This document shows, in pieces, positions 27,419 through 35,348 of a stretch of DNA of 50,746 bases; the first letter of the stretch is position 1, and each line of letters starts with the position of its first letter. The stretch is taken from NCBI GenBank assembly GCA_041550515.1, contig JBFEOQ010000005.1:1-50746 (forward strand). The letters are read 5' to 3'. The notes beneath the pieces were generated by a model. The model saw only the letters and a program-made list of their open reading frames with translations, had not been told where the DNA came from and did no database searches. The stretch is from Thermoplasmatota archaeon. GTDB taxonomy: Archaea > Thermoplasmatota > E2 > DHVEG-1. The translations under genes were made by a program, and so were the position numbers.

Positions 27419-28438
27419 ATGGAGAAACCCAAATTGGAATCAAAAATTAAAATTCCTGGTAAATGGACAATGAAAGAACCTTACTCAAAATCAAGGTTTC
27501 TTTCAAAACAAGCACGTGGTGCTCTTGATCTTTTTAGACCTTTTACTCTTGCTCCACCTATAATAGTTTCTATGTCTATCATGGTTGCAAGCTTAATTTA
27601 TAATTATAATAATGGAAATCTAAATCCTAATGAAATTTCTGAATATTGGTGGATTACAATCGGGCAAGCAGCTTTAACAATTGCTTTAGTTAATGCAGCT
27701 TCAAACTCTCTTAATCAAGCAGCTGATGTTGATTCTGATAAAATATCAAAACCATATAGACCTATACCTCGTGAAATAATAAAACCTGAAAGTGCTCAAA
27801 GTCTTGCTTATATACTATATCTTTTTGCTCTTCTTCGTGCTATTACTATTAATTTCTGGTTCGGAGTTTTTATATTTTTAATTATCATTTTCACAGTAAC
27901 TTATTCACTTCCTCCAAGAATAAAAAGATATTTATTTATAAATCAAGTATGGATAGCTATACCACGTGGACTTTTTGGAATTCTTGCGTCTTGGAGTGTT
28001 TTTGGCTCTGAGAATCTTTTTAATGATGCTACACCATGGGTAATTGGAGGAATTGCAATGACATATTTAATAGGAGGAATGGCAACAAAAGACATAACTG
28101 ATGCGGAAGCAGATAGAGCAACAGGCATCAGTACTCTCATAAATACAATTGGTGTAAAAAAAACAGCCTTGATCTGCTTACCCTTTATGCTTTTTCCATT
28201 TCTTTTTATCTTTATATTTATACATGCAGGTTTAATTGATGGCTATCTTTGGCCTTTAAGTCTTTTCATGTTTCTTAGCTTATTCATATTTTATCTTATG
28301 ATTAAAGGTTTAGAAAGTAAAACTCTTGAAAATGTTCAAGCATGGTCAATTATGTATGTTGAGTATATCTTTTTTGCACTTAGTTTTGCTATACTTACAA
28401 TGTTTAGTGATAAGATAACTATTCTAAATTTTGCTTAG
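27419..28438 (+). CDS. UbiA-superfamily prenyltransferase (paralog C, DGGGP-synthase/chlorophyll-synthase-like motifs)
   Basis: The ORF track starts at TTG 27398. I prefer ATG 27419. Motifs are NQAADVDSDKISKPYRPIPRE and KDITDAEADRATGISTL. Polytopic membrane protein. Confidence 0.78.
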   Translation: MEKPKLESKIKIPGKWTMKEPYSKSRFLSKQARGALDLFRPFTLAPPIIVSMSIMVASLIYNYNNGNLNPNEISEYWWITIGQAALTIALVNAASNSLNQAADVDSDKISKPYRPIPREIIKPESAQSLAYILYLFALLRAITINFWFGVFIFLIIIFTVTYSLPPRIKRYLFINQVWIAIPRGLFGILASWSVFGSENLFNDATPWVIGGIAMTYLIGGMATKDITDAEADRATGISTLINTIGVKKTALICLPFMLFPFLFIFIFIHAGLIDGYLWPLSLFMFLSLFIFYLMIKGLESKTLENVQAWSIMYVEYIFFALSFAILTMFSDKITILNFA

Positions 28439-28530
28439 TTTATTTGACAAATATAACCATTCTATTTTTTGTTATGAATAAATAACTGAATCGTTTTATG
28501 AAATTTTACCAGAGATATAAAAAATATAAT

Positions 28531-28595
28531 ATTTATTCCTCATAAAAGTTAACGATGTCGGGGACAGGAACTATTCCCAGGGGCTACTGTTCCCA
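28531..28595 (-). pseudogene. Decayed copy of the 3' end plus downstream flank of tRNA-Met(CAU); possible att remnant
   Basis: 28541-28569 matches 33542-33570 at 24 of 29 positions, and all 5 differences are transitions. Weaker similarity continues about 35 nt into the T-arm region. The T-stem can no longer pair. The two copies have the same orientation and lie 5001 bp apart. Confidence 0.45.
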
Positions 28596-28663
28596 ATAAT
28601 GATTAAAGTAAAAAATAAAGAAAAAATATATAAATAAATATACTTTTATGTATGGTATTATAT

Positions 28664-28807
28664 ATGGAACGTAAACTTCGTGAAATAAAAGGAAGTCTTG
28701 TTATCACCCTCCCTAAACATGTTTGTGATCTCTATGATTTTAAGGTTGTGGATAAATTATCCATTGAACCGATAGGTGTTGGTGAATTACGATTAAGAAA
28801 GTTATAA
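28664..28807 (+). CDS. Small AbrB/SpoVT-fold (MazE-like) DNA-binding protein, 47 aa
   Basis: Hand translation gives MERKLREIKGSLVITLPKHVCDLYDFKVVDKLSIEPIGVGELRLRKL. It fits the looped-hinge-helix pattern (G-S-x-x-V-T-L-P-K ... short beta strands). Too short for the ORF track. Confidence 0.45.
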   Translation: MERKLREIKGSLVITLPKHVCDLYDFKVVDKLSIEPIGVGELRLRKL

Positions 28808-28974
28808 GATAAATATTATATTCCCAACCATTCTTTTTTATCTGCCACATAAATACGGAGTTATTAAGCAGATTATAATTTTATTACCTATTAATAAAAA
28901 AAGAGTTTAGTGTTTTAGAACTCATTGTAATAAAAGATATAATAAGGGAGGATTTTTATTAATTTCTGTAAAAT

Positions 28975-30171
28975 TTAAAAGTTGGATTTCATTCCATGTG
29001 AAGCCTGATGATATCTTTTAAATTTTTTCATATGTTGATTAGATTTTCTAAAAAATGGAATTCTTATGAAATCTGGAATCTCTGCTTTTTCAATCTCTAG
29101 TTCATTATTGCTCTGTACCCGCCTAAAATTATCATGATCCGGTTTTGTTAAAAGCGTTATTGCTTTACCTTTTTCTCCAGCACGGGCTGTTCTACCAATT
29201 CTATGTATATACTCAATCGAATTTTTTGGTACATCATAATGATATATATGAGTAACATTTTTAATATCTAAACCTCGTGCTGCCACATCAGTTGCAACAA
29301 GTACATCGGTTTTCTCATTTTTTAAAGAATCAAGTGACTTAGACCTTTTATTTTGACTCATTCCCCCATGTATTGCAGTAGCATTAACTCGTTGCTTATT
29401 CAGATTTCTGGCTACAATATCTGATTCTATCCTAGTGGCACAAAATACAATTGAAAGACCTGCGGTATTTTTTTTTAGTAAATGTACAAGAATCGAGAAT
29501 TTACTATCTCGTGGGTAAATATCATAATATACTTGTTCAAGTTTATTTTTATCAACAAGGGATTGGGTTTTTATAACCACAGGATTATTCAAATGTTTAT
29601 TCATTAATTTGTGTATTCCACCTATTATAGTTGCACTAAACATCAGGGTTTGACGCTTCCTATTAGTATATCGTATTATTTTTTCAACGTCTTCAATAAA
29701 TCCCATATCTAACATTTTATCAGTTTCATCTATCACTAGAAATCGAATATTTTTTAAATTAATAGTCTTTCTATTCAGATGATCCAACATCCTACCCGGG
29801 GTTCCAACAATAATCTCAGAACTGAGTATTTTTTTTATTTGTGGTTCTATATTAACCCCCCCATATACTCCAGTTGTTTTAACACCGAGAGTTTCTCCAA
29901 AATCGACAAATACATCATTTATTTGCGCACACAATTCCCTAGTTGGAGTAAGAATAACACATTGTAAACCTCCACCTAAAATAATCTTATCTAATATAGG
30001 CAAACAAAAGGCAAGTGTTTTTCCTGATCCAGTTTCTGCTTGACCTACTACATCTTTTCCTTTAATTATTTCGGGACAACATTTTTCCTGAATAAGAGTC
30101 ATATTTTCTAATTTATTATTTAGTGTTTTATCTATAAGTTTCTTATTTATTTTTAATTCTTCAAATTTCAT
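28975..30171 (-). CDS. DEAD-box ATP-dependent RNA helicase (motif II is DETD)
   Basis: 398 aa. Q motif (TLIQ), AETGSGKT, PTRELC, TPGR, DETD, SAT and HRIGRTARAG. Confidence 0.9.
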   Translation of the reverse strand: MKFEELKINKKLIDKTLNNKLENMTLIQEKCCPEIIKGKDVVGQAETGSGKTLAFCLPILDKIILGGGLQCVILTPTRELCAQINDVFVDFGETLGVKTTGVYGGVNIEPQIKKILSSEIIVGTPGRMLDHLNRKTINLKNIRFLVIDETDKMLDMGFIEDVEKIIRYTNRKRQTLMFSATIIGGIHKLMNKHLNNPVVIKTQSLVDKNKLEQVYYDIYPRDSKFSILVHLLKKNTAGLSIVFCATRIESDIVARNLNKQRVNATAIHGGMSQNKRSKSLDSLKNEKTDVLVATDVAARGLDIKNVTHIYHYDVPKNSIEYIHRIGRTARAGEKGKAITLLTKPDHDNFRRVQSNNELEIEKAEIPDFIRIPFFRKSNQHMKKFKRYHQASHGMKSNF

Positions 30172-30212
30172 TTTTTTTTCTCCTAATTCTAAATTTATTT
30201 AAATCAATATTT

Positions 30213-31166
30213 CTACATAACAATATCAATATCAAGTCTGTTTATCAGTTCTTTATAACGATTACGTATCGTAACTTCTGTAACTCCTGCTACTAATGCT
30301 ACTTCACGTTGAGTACGACGCTCACCACAAAGAACCGATGCAACATACAACGAAGCTGCTGCAAGACCTGTAGGACCACGACCGCTAGTTAATTCTTTTT
30401 GTGATGCGTTTTTTAATATTTCCATTGTCTTTATTTGAACATCATTGCTAAGATCTAATTGATTACAAAAACGAGGAATATAATCTTGAGGTACTGTAGG
30501 AAGTAATTTTAATTCCAATTTACGTGAAATATTACGATAATTTCTCCCAATTTCTTTCTTTTTCATTTCAGTTAATGTACTTATCTCTTCAAGAGTTCTT
30601 GGAACATTACACTGACGACAAGCAGCATATAAAACTGAAGCAGCAACACCTTCTATACTTCTACCGCGTATTAGCTTTCTTCTTACTGCTTTTCTATAAA
30701 TCACAGCTGAAGTCTCACGAACATTTCTTGGTAGACTCATTAAAGAGGAAAACCTATTAAGTGCTGATAATGCAATTGATAAATTTCTTTCTGTACCATC
30801 ACTTATTCTAGTTCTATTTTGCCATTTTCTCAAACGATAAAGTTGTGCACGATTTCTTGCTGGAATAGATTTTCCATATGCATCTCTATTTTGCCAGCTT
30901 ATATTTGTAGAAAGACCTTTATCATGAATCGTATAAGTCATAGGAGAGCCGGTTCGGGTTTTTTTATCTCGTTGTTCATTATCAAATGCACGCCACTCTG
31001 GGCCATGATCAATTATTTCCGCATCTATTACAAGACCACATTTTTCACATACAAGTTCCGCATGAGAATAATCTTTAGTAAGATGTGTATTACCACATTT
31101 CGGACATTTTATTGTTTCTTCAATTATTTGTTCATTTTTATTCTTTCTATCGTTTTTATTTTCCAA
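30213..31166 (-). CDS. tfb: Transcription initiation factor IIB (TFB)
   Basis: 317 aa. N-terminal zinc ribbon CPKCG...CEKCG, B-reader/linker and two cyclin-fold repeats. Confidence 0.92.
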   Translation of the reverse strand: MENKNDRKNKNEQIIEETIKCPKCGNTHLTKDYSHAELVCEKCGLVIDAEIIDHGPEWRAFDNEQRDKKTRTGSPMTYTIHDKGLSTNISWQNRDAYGKSIPARNRAQLYRLRKWQNRTRISDGTERNLSIALSALNRFSSLMSLPRNVRETSAVIYRKAVRRKLIRGRSIEGVAASVLYAACRQCNVPRTLEEISTLTEMKKKEIGRNYRNISRKLELKLLPTVPQDYIPRFCNQLDLSNDVQIKTMEILKNASQKELTSGRGPTGLAAASLYVASVLCGERRTQREVALVAGVTEVTIRNRYKELINRLDIDIVM

Positions 31167-31214
31167 TTATATCAAACCTATTAAAAATAAAGAAAATTAT
31201 AAAGAATATACAAA

Positions 31215-31406
31215 TTATAATTTTTTTACATTTTTTGCTTGTAGCCCACGTTCTGTTTTTTCAATATCATATTCAACAGAATCATCCTCATTAAGATTTA
31301 CATCCGGAGGTATATTATTTTTATGAACAAAGATGTCTTTTTCATTTTCACCTATTATAAATCCATATCCTTTTATTCTATTGTACCATTTTATTTTTCC
31401 CTTCAT
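31215..31406 (-). CDS. csp: Cold-shock domain protein (CspA family)
   Basis: 63 aa. KGKIKWYNRIKGYGFI (RNP1) and IFVHKN (RNP2). Confidence 0.9.
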   Translation of the reverse strand: MKGKIKWYNRIKGYGFIIGENEKDIFVHKNNIPPDVNLNEDDSVEYDIEKTERGLQAKNVKKL

Positions 31407-31451
31407 ATTATCTTACCTCTTTAATGATAGTTTTTAAAAAATCTATGTATT

Positions 31452-31628
31452 CTAAAAAGAGTTAATGCAATTCTTACAAATTATATTTGCATCAGTATTT
31501 TCTTTTTTTGAAAAATTATCACAAGTATCAGATTCAAAAACTATTAACATTTTATGTTTACATCTAGTTATTTTTTTATTTTCATTTATTGTATTATTTC
31601 TAAATGACTTTTTTCTTGTTTTATTCAT
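31452..31628 (-). CDS. Unannotated 58-aa basic protein with C-X12-C-X14-C-X2-C pattern (paralog 1)
   Basis: Hand translation of the minus strand gives MNKTRKKSFRNNTINENKKITRCKHKMLIVFESDTCDNFSKKENTDANIICKNCINSF. It has the same length and Cys spacing as 32756..32932 and also ends in SF. It lies directly upstream of csp on the same strand. The track ORF 31465..31695 is its antisense. Confidence 0.5.
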   Translation of the reverse strand: MNKTRKKSFRNNTINENKKITRCKHKMLIVFESDTCDNFSKKENTDANIICKNCINSF

Positions 31629-32091
31629 GTTTAATTACCTTCGATTATATTTGATAAAAAAACAAAGTAAAATTAAATCAATATCCTCAAAATAAGAAGA
31701 AGTTGAATCTTAATGTTTTATTTTATTATCATTACCATTACGACATTATATCTTATATACTTTTGTTTTTTAAAACCAAAGTTAATAACAACAAAATGTA
31801 AAAACATCTAGTAAATGTGATATGTCAATAGTATGTGTATTTACTATAGCTAAACTTTTACTTATATCGTATTATCATCCATCACCTTATCATATATCAC
31901 TTTATTTTCTCACATTTTTTACAATATTTAAAATGCATAACTATTTAAGCAAAGACGATTTATATAGACATTGAAAAGATTTAAGATAAAAAAAATTCAC
32001 AACTTCGTTTTATTTCGGACTTTTGAGACTTTTTATTTTTCTTTCTTTTTAAACAATTCCAGATATAATAGTCTGAGGAGGTGAAAAATAT

Positions 32092-32292
32092 ATGAAAGGA
32101 ACAGTAAAATGGTTCAACGATAGAAAAGGATTTGGATTCATACAAGGAGAAGATGAAAAAGATATTTTCGTCCATAGAAACTCAGTTGCTGAAGGTGACT
32201 ATATAACTGAAGGTGACAGTGTTGAATACGAGGTAGAATCCTCTGATAAAGGACCACATGCAATTAATGTTAAAAAATTAAAAAATAACTAA
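32092..32292 (+). CDS. csp: Cold-shock domain protein (CspA family)
   Basis: 66 aa. KGTVKWFNDRKGFGFI and IFVHRN. A strong SD (GAGGAGGTG) lies upstream. Confidence 0.9.
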   Translation: MKGTVKWFNDRKGFGFIQGEDEKDIFVHRNSVAEGDYITEGDSVEYEVESSDKGPHAINVKKLKNN

Positions 32293-32391
32293 ATAAAATA
32301 TTCAAAAACAACAATAATAATTAAGCAATCTGAATTAAAAATTTTGATTGCCTTTATATCTATTTGATTAAATGTTTTGGAGAAAGAAATA

Positions 32392-32733
32392 ATGACAGAA
32401 AAAGCAAATGAAATAAAAAAAACAGAAGAAATTAAGGATGAAAATACAATATTTATTGGTAATAAACCATCTATGAACTACGTTATTGCAGTAGTCACTC
32501 AATTTAACAGCAACAGTAGTAATAAAGTATTTTTAAAAGCAAGAGGTAGGGCAATAAGCAGAGCTGTAGATACTGCTGAAATTGTTAAAAACCGATTTAT
32601 GAAAGATATTATCATTAAAGATATACAAATAGGGACAGAAAATTTAACAAATGAAGAAGGTAGAACATCAAATGTATCAACTATTGAAATAAGTCTAATA
32701 AATAATAGTAAATCTAATTCTAAAAAGAAATAA
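32392..32733 (+). CDS. albA: DNA/RNA-binding protein Alba
   Basis: The ORF track begins at TTG 32377. ATG 32392 is more likely. [14 protein letters not shown]...[21 protein letters not shown] is typical of Alba. The N-terminal extension is acidic and lysine-rich. Confidence 0.85.
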   Translation: MTEKANEIKKTEEIKDENTIFIGNKPSMNYVIAVVTQFNSNSSNKVFLKARGRAISRAVDTAEIVKNRFMKDIIIKDIQIGTENLTNEEGRTSNVSTIEISLINNSKSNSKKK

Positions 32734-32755
32734 AATCTAATATTTTGTGATTAAG

Positions 32756-32932
32756 ATGAATGGAAGAAAAAATAAAAGACATAATAGAAATAAAAATGAA
32801 AAACCAAAAAATATTATTAGATGTGGTTTTAATCAAAAGATTGTATGGGATAATGAATTATGTTCAAGCTTTTTAAAAACTGGAAATTCCTCTTCTGAGA
32901 ATAATTGTAAGACTTGTAAATATTCATTTTGA
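32756..32932 (+). CDS. 58-aa basic protein with C-X12-C-X14-C-X2-C pattern (paralog 2)
   Basis: From ATG 32756: MNGRKNKRHNRNKNEKPKNIIRCGFNQKIVWDNELCSSFLKTGNSSSENNCKTCKYSF. It aligns without gaps to the 31452..31628 product, with 19 of 58 residues identical by my count and Cys at 23, 36, 51 and 54 in both. Confidence 0.55.
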   Translation: MNGRKNKRHNRNKNEKPKNIIRCGFNQKIVWDNELCSSFLKTGNSSSENNCKTCKYSF

Positions 32933-33556
32933 TGATATTATACTTCTCAAAAAAATTATATGGAGATGATATATAGTGAAAGATAAGACTAAGAAACTTA
33001 AAAAGATGATGAAATCAAGGAAGAATAAAAAAATAATCTATAAACAATCTAAATTAATGAAAGGAAATTCTTTCGTAAATTAATTATTTTCTTATATAAA
33101 AAATTAATTCAACATTACATTGCCAAATATCCTTTTAAGATCCTCTTCACTTTGAGCATTTTAATACATCAGATCAACATCAAGTCTTTAAGTAATAACT
33201 GATTTAATCATAATATTTAATGAAAAAAAAAGAGAAAATCTTTGGAAAGGAAATTTTAAGGTTAAGAGGAGAGCATAAAATTGATGTGCATGTAAATACA
33301 ATCAGTGGTAAAACAACATATGATGAAATGGATTTTTATGCTATTACACCAATCTAATAAACTTATTAATAACACTTATCAAAATGTATACAGCCACCTC
33401 AACTTAATTAACATAATAATCCATTTTTTTCTAAATTTTTGGAAGTACTATTAGAATCATAATTTTTAAATTTATGTAACAAAATAATCAATAATGAAAT
33501 TATAAATAAGATTTTGTGATATTAAAAGTAAATTTATATTTCATAAAAGCTGATGA

Positions 33557-33684
33557 TGTCGGGGGCGGGATTTGAGCCCGCGACCTCCTGATATCTTAGC
33601 GCCGAAAGGCTTATTTTATTTTTTCGAACCCTTTAAAGCTTAGCTTATGAGTCAGGCGCTCTAACCAAGCTGAGCCACCCCGAC
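33557..33684 (-). tRNA. tRNA-Met (or Ile2) with anticodon CAU and a 53-nt intron at the canonical 37/38 position
   Basis: Manual fold: acceptor GTCGGGG/CCCCGAC, D arm GCTC-AGCTTGGTTA-GAGC, anticodon stem CCTGA/TCAGG, loop CTCATA|intron|A, variable AGGTC, T arm GCGGG-CTCAAAT-CCCGC, discriminator A. G1-C72 argues for elongator rather than initiator. Confidence 0.85.
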
Positions 33685-33729
33685 AATAATTTAGTAATAG
33701 CCGTATAAAACAATCATTATAAAAATTTT

Positions 33730-34149
33730 CTAAACAAAATCCTCGCTCATCATCAAATATTTCTTGTTTCTCATAAATATTGTTTTAATTTTTTCTTTTT
33801 TTGCTCTTTTTTTAAGTTCTTTATCGTTGGAAAGAATTACTCCATTAAGTTTTTTTGCTGTATTTAAAACCGCATCATCTGCTTTTTCAGATTTATCTAC
33901 AACTATTTTATAATTCTTAATAAAAGAAAGAGCAGGTTTTGCATATTGTTTCTGTTTACCTTTACCTTTTTCACACAACAACTTAAGTTCTTCAATAATT
34001 TTATATGGCACTACTAATTCATAACTTCCTAAAAGTCTTAACAATTCCTGTTCTAATTTTATTGAATATTCAAAAATCATCAATATGGCACTACTATCTA
34101 AAACAACTATTTTTAAAGCTGTATTTTTCCGTAACCTATGAGATGCCAT
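33730..34149 (-). CDS. PIN-domain protein (Fcf1/Utp24-like, COG1412-type)
   Basis: 139 aa. Acidic PIN residues in VVLDSS, EEL, ADDAVL and SND. Overlaps the aIF2-gamma 3' end by 37 nt. S6e - aIF2-gamma - PIN gene order. Confidence 0.75.
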   Translation of the reverse strand: MASHRLRKNTALKIVVLDSSAILMIFEYSIKLEQELLRLLGSYELVVPYKIIEELKLLCEKGKGKQKQYAKPALSFIKNYKIVVDKSEKADDAVLNTAKKLNGVILSNDKELKKRAKKEKIKTIFMRNKKYLMMSEDFV

Positions 34150-35348
34150 CGACCGTCAATCCTTCTACTAATAGCAATTCTTTGACCTTCTTGTGCACAA
34201 ACAGCTAATTTAAGTTTAACTCCGACGATTTCTCCATGAAACTCCTTAACTATCCCCACTGTTGTTGCTGTACCTATGGTAAGCATCAATGGCTCATTTG
34301 TTTTAATAGGATCAACATTTTTTTCATCAACAGTTCCTACAACGCGTTTTAATAGAGTGATAGAAAGATTAAAACTATCCTTAACTAGAGGTAACAATCC
34401 TGGTTTACCAATGACTTTTCCAGCGTAAGAATCTGACTTGGTACGAGCAGGATCAAGAAATGTTCCTATAGCAATAAGACCCCCAGGACTAGCTTCTGAA
34501 ACAGATTTACCGCCTGTAATTAAAGAGTCTATTTTAGTAATAATTGGTTCAATTTTTGCCCTACCTTCTACCTCTATATTACGACCAGGGGATATCTCTA
34601 TTTCATCACCTTTATGAAGAATTCCTTGTATAAGTGAACCACCTATAACACCACCACGAATATTATTTGGACTAGTACCAGGTTTATTAATGTCAAAACT
34701 TCTTGCAGTATACATAAAAGGTGGTTTTTCTTTATCACGATTTGGTGTTGGTATCGTTTTTTCTAAAGTTTTAATTAATACATCTATGTTTATATCTTGA
34801 TGAGCACTAACAGGGATTATTGGTGCATTCTCTGCAACTGTTCCTTTAATAAATTTTAAAATTTGTTCATAGTTTTTGATAGCATTATTCTCTGTTACAA
34901 GATCAATTTTATTTTGTATAATAACAATATTTTTGATACCTGCAATATCTAAAGCAGTTAAATGCTCACGAGTTTGAGGTTGAGGACAAGGTTCATTGGC
35001 AGCAATAACTAGAATTGCCCCATCCATAATTGCTGCCCCTGATAACATTATAGCCATTAGGGTTTCATGCCCCGGAGCATCAACAAAAGATACAACTCGC
35101 AGTAGTTCGGTTGATTTTCCACAATTTTTACATTTTTTAGTTGTACAATAACATTTAGGCTCTTCGCAATTTGGACATTTGTAAAAAGCAGCATCAGCAT
35201 AACCAAGTTTTATACTAATACCACGTTTTAATTCCTCTGAATGTTCATCAGTCCATTTGCCTGTAAGACGTTGTGTTAGAGTGGTTTTACCATGATCAAC
35301 ATGACCTATCATTCCAATATTAACTTCAGGTTGCTTTGGAAGACTCAT
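34113..35348 (-). CDS. eif2g: Translation initiation factor aIF2 gamma subunit
   Basis: 411 aa. [19 protein letters not shown] and a zinc knuckle CPNC...C..C. Confidence 0.92.
   Translation of the reverse strand: MSLPKQPEVNIGMIGHVDHGKTTLTQRLTGKWTDEHSEELKRGISIKLGYADAAFYKCPNCEEPKCYCTTKKCKNCGKSTELLRVVSFVDAPGHETLMAIMLSGAAIMDGAILVIAANEPCPQPQTREHLTALDIAGIKNIVIIQNKIDLVTENNAIKNYEQILKFIKGTVAENAPIIPVSAHQDINIDVLIKTLEKTIPTPNRDKEKPPFMYTARSFDINKPGTSPNNIRGGVIGGSLIQGILHKGDEIEISPGRNIEVEGRAKIEPIITKIDSLITGGKSVSEASPGGLIAIGTFLDPARTKSDSYAGKVIGKPGLLPLVKDSFNLSITLLKRVVGTVDEKNVDPIKTNEPLMLTIGTATTVGIVKEFHGEIVGVKLKLAVCAQEGQRIAISRRIDGRWHLIGYGKIQL

Noticed and set aside
28553-28595. A functional or split tRNA half at the decayed repeat
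   Set aside because: The T-stem equivalents (CTGGG/CCTGT) cannot pair, and no 5' half, anticodon arm or BHB-compatible partner is nearby. I interpret it as a remnant.
30524-31294. Plus-strand ORFs 30524..30760, 30819..31184 and 31085..31294
   Set aside because: They are antisense to TFB and the csp gene. Their translations are hydrophobic and low-complexity, with no motifs.
31465-31695. 76-aa plus-strand ORF from the track
   Set aside because: The opposite strand encodes the 58-aa Cys-patterned protein, which has a clear paralog at 32756..32932. The plus-strand product is Phe/Leu-rich noise.
33005-33012. C-box-like AUGAUGA, and a second UGAUGA at 33551-33556, as C/D box sRNA candidates
   Set aside because: No CUGA D box lies at a suitable distance from the first. 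The second lies just downstream of the tRNA-Met 3' end, and its only candidate D box (CUGA at 33588) is antisense tRNA sequence. No terminal stem is present.
32976-33083. Lys-rich 35-codon ORF from GTG (VKDKTKKLKKMMKSRKNKKIIYKQSKLMKGNSFVN), possibly a degenerate third copy of the C4 mini-protein
   Set aside because: It has no cysteines. The similarity is limited to basic low-complexity sequence and a terminal NSF-like string, which is insufficient to call.
33220-33357. 45-codon ORF MKKKEKIFGKEILRLRGEHKIDVHVNTISGKTTYDEMDFYAITPI
   Set aside because: It has no SD, no recognisable family and no paralog in the window. It cannot be distinguished from a chance ORF in a 600-bp AT-rich spacer.
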